Translations under genes and position numbers: made by a program
Virus record (IMG/VR): IMGVR_UViG_3300020044_001396
Span: 1-25,149 of that record
Direction: 5' to 3' (one strand)
DNA: 25,149 bases
Origin: a virus
Lineage: Duplodnaviria; Caudoviricetes
Shown: positions 23,739 through 25,149 of the stretch, in pieces
Numbering within the stretch: position 1 is the stretch's first letter
Layout: every line of letters starts with the position of its first letter
Notes under the pieces: generated by a model
Seen by the model: only the letters and a program-made list of their open reading frames with translations
The model's database searches: none
What the model was told of the DNA's origin: nothing

Positions 23739-24146
23739 TTATTCTAGCTCACCATATGTAAGCCGCCAGTTACGGATTCTACGAATTTGTGCGTTACGGT
23801 CTTTAGGGATAAAGGCGCACTTCTTTTCGTTGTAGTCTTTGTTGGTCTTGACTTTCGCCTTAACCTTTTCGTTGATCTTTTCAACCACAATATGAAGCTG
23901 TTCAAGGGTCAAGTCATCTAGGCCATCGCCTACTGATACTTTAACTGCCTCTTTCTCTTCAAACTCTTCGTTGTGGTACAGTTGATCGTTGAAAAACATC
24001 TGTTGAATAACGTCAAAAGGAGTTCCGAAGTTCTCCCACTTGAACCTGTCGCCCTGCTTCCAAATCGTCCCAGCAGCCTGTAGTCCATTTTGTTTAACGA
24101 ATACAGGCCGTGAGGGATTGAAGTAGGGGAGAAACGGTCGGGTCAT
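23739..24146 (-). CDS. Hypothetical protein downstream of the capsid gene (135 aa)
   Basis: Strong AAGGAGG RBS; co-oriented with the late operon. Confidence 0.8.
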   Translation of the reverse strand: MTRPFLPYFNPSRPVFVKQNGLQAAGTIWKQGDRFKWENFGTPFDVIQQMFFNDQLYHNEEFEEKEAVKVSVGDGLDDLTLEQLHIVVEKINEKVKAKVKTNKDYNEKKCAFIPKDRNAQIRRIRNWRLTYGELE

Positions 24147-24160
24147 CTCTCCCCTCCTTA

Positions 24161-25147
24161 TTAGGCTACAACGGTGTCGATGAAGGCACCCAGATCAGCC
24201 GACACAACCTTGTGGTCATAGGCCAAGTTGGCTTCCAGCACTTCAGCAATACCGTCGATGGCGAGGTAATCACCCGTGTACGACTTGATCGAAATACCGT
24301 GACCCGAAGCGTTCTCCAGTTCATCCCAAGTGAAGGTGTAACCAGCCGACGGGATCATCAGACCCGACGAACGCGGACGGTAGTAGAAAGCAACAGCCTT
24401 ACCACCAATGAAAGCGTTAGCTTCGGTCAGACCTTCAGCAGCCGTGTTCTTCACGGTCTCCATGACGAGGAACTCTTCCACACCGAAGATTTCAGCCAAT
24501 TTGGCATCCGTCACCAGAGCGGTGTTCGTCACGGTAGCGCCGCCATTCAGACGAGCGAGGATCGTGGGGTGGTTAACCAGAACGTCACGGACTTCTTTGC
24601 CCAGAACCATAACGTTGGGCTTGAAACCACCCGACTTGAGTTGGACAGCACGCATAATCGCGGTAACGTCTTGGATCGGGGTCGAGTTGGTGTAATCCGA
24701 CCACTGACGAACCTGTGCGGTCGAGGGCGAACCCGAAACACCATCCCAGTCCGTACCCCAGACGCCAGCCGCGAAGTAGGTCGAAGCCCACTTGATTTCA
24801 CGGTCGATCAGGAGTTGGTGGGTCAGCATCTGAGCACCAGCCGAGCGGATGTCCAGAGCGGCATCTTCGTTAGCCAGCGTCTCGAAGTCGAAGTCAGTTG
24901 CCAGCGAGTACACGTCCGTCAGGTAGGTGTCCTGCGACAGCGACATACCAACGCGCGGAGCCTGAGTGCGGGGCGCACGAGCCTGAACCTGACCAACGCG
25001 GTTGAAGTCAGCACGGTTATAGATGTAATACTTGTCGCTCTTCTTCGAGACCGAGACTTTCGGGAAGACGCGATCAGCAATAAAGCCGTTAGCATCCTGA
25101 AGGAAAGCAATCGTCAGGTTAGTAAGCGGGGCGTCGATATGAACGGC
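24161..25147 (-). CDS. Major capsid protein (lambda gpE-like HK97 fold), 5' end outside the window
   Basis: Frame is open to the window edge (AVHIDAPLTNLTIAFLQDANGFIADRVFPKVSV...), not just from 24946; WSD...S.PIQDV, PNVMVLG...L.NHP, LAEIFGV motifs. Confidence 0.92.
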   Translation of the reverse strand, partial: AVHIDAPLTNLTIAFLQDANGFIADRVFPKVSVSKKSDKYYIYNRADFNRVGQVQARAPRTQAPRVGMSLSQDTYLTDVYSLATDFDFETLANEDAALDIRSAGAQMLTHQLLIDREIKWASTYFAAGVWGTDWDGVSGSPSTAQVRQWSDYTNSTPIQDVTAIMRAVQLKSGGFKPNVMVLGKEVRDVLVNHPTILARLNGGATVTNTALVTDAKLAEIFGVEEFLVMETVKNTAAEGLTEANAFIGGKAVAFYYRPRSSGLMIPSAGYTFTWDELENASGHGISIKSYTGDYLAIDGIAEVLEANLAYDHKVVSADLGAFIDTVVA

Positions 25148-25149
25148 GC

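Overview
This window is part of a tailed dsDNA bacteriophage genome. The host is probably Gram-negative because spanins are present; an alphaproteobacterial host is my inference. Two convergent gene blocks meet at a bidirectional terminator near 12.8 kb. The + strand (1-12775) is a T7/SIO1-like replication and nucleotide-metabolism module: family A DNA polymerase (5'-truncated), EndoVII-type HNH, SSB, ThyX, 5'-3' exonuclease, endonuclease I, metallophosphoesterase, adenine methyltransferase, MazG, class II ribonucleotide reductase, glutaredoxin, PhoH and DUF3310. The - strand (12849-25149) is a siphovirus morphogenesis and lysis module: major capsid (truncated), head-tail joining proteins, HNH, major tail protein, frameshifted tail chaperones, tape measure, tail tip, endolysin, holin and spanins. 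The main non-obvious feature is a 776-nt group I intron (9408-10183) with only about 170 nt outside its ORF. It splits the codon of the catalytic Cys (TNP-C-SE) of the B12-dependent RNR and carries a GIY-YIG homing endonuclease in P8. Also notable are a terminator-like hairpin whose loop is antisense to three ATCCCGAC repeats around the tail-chaperone start codon, and an acidic LLE(S/D)G repeat in the tail terminator. All calls are from motif recognition by eye; no searches were run.
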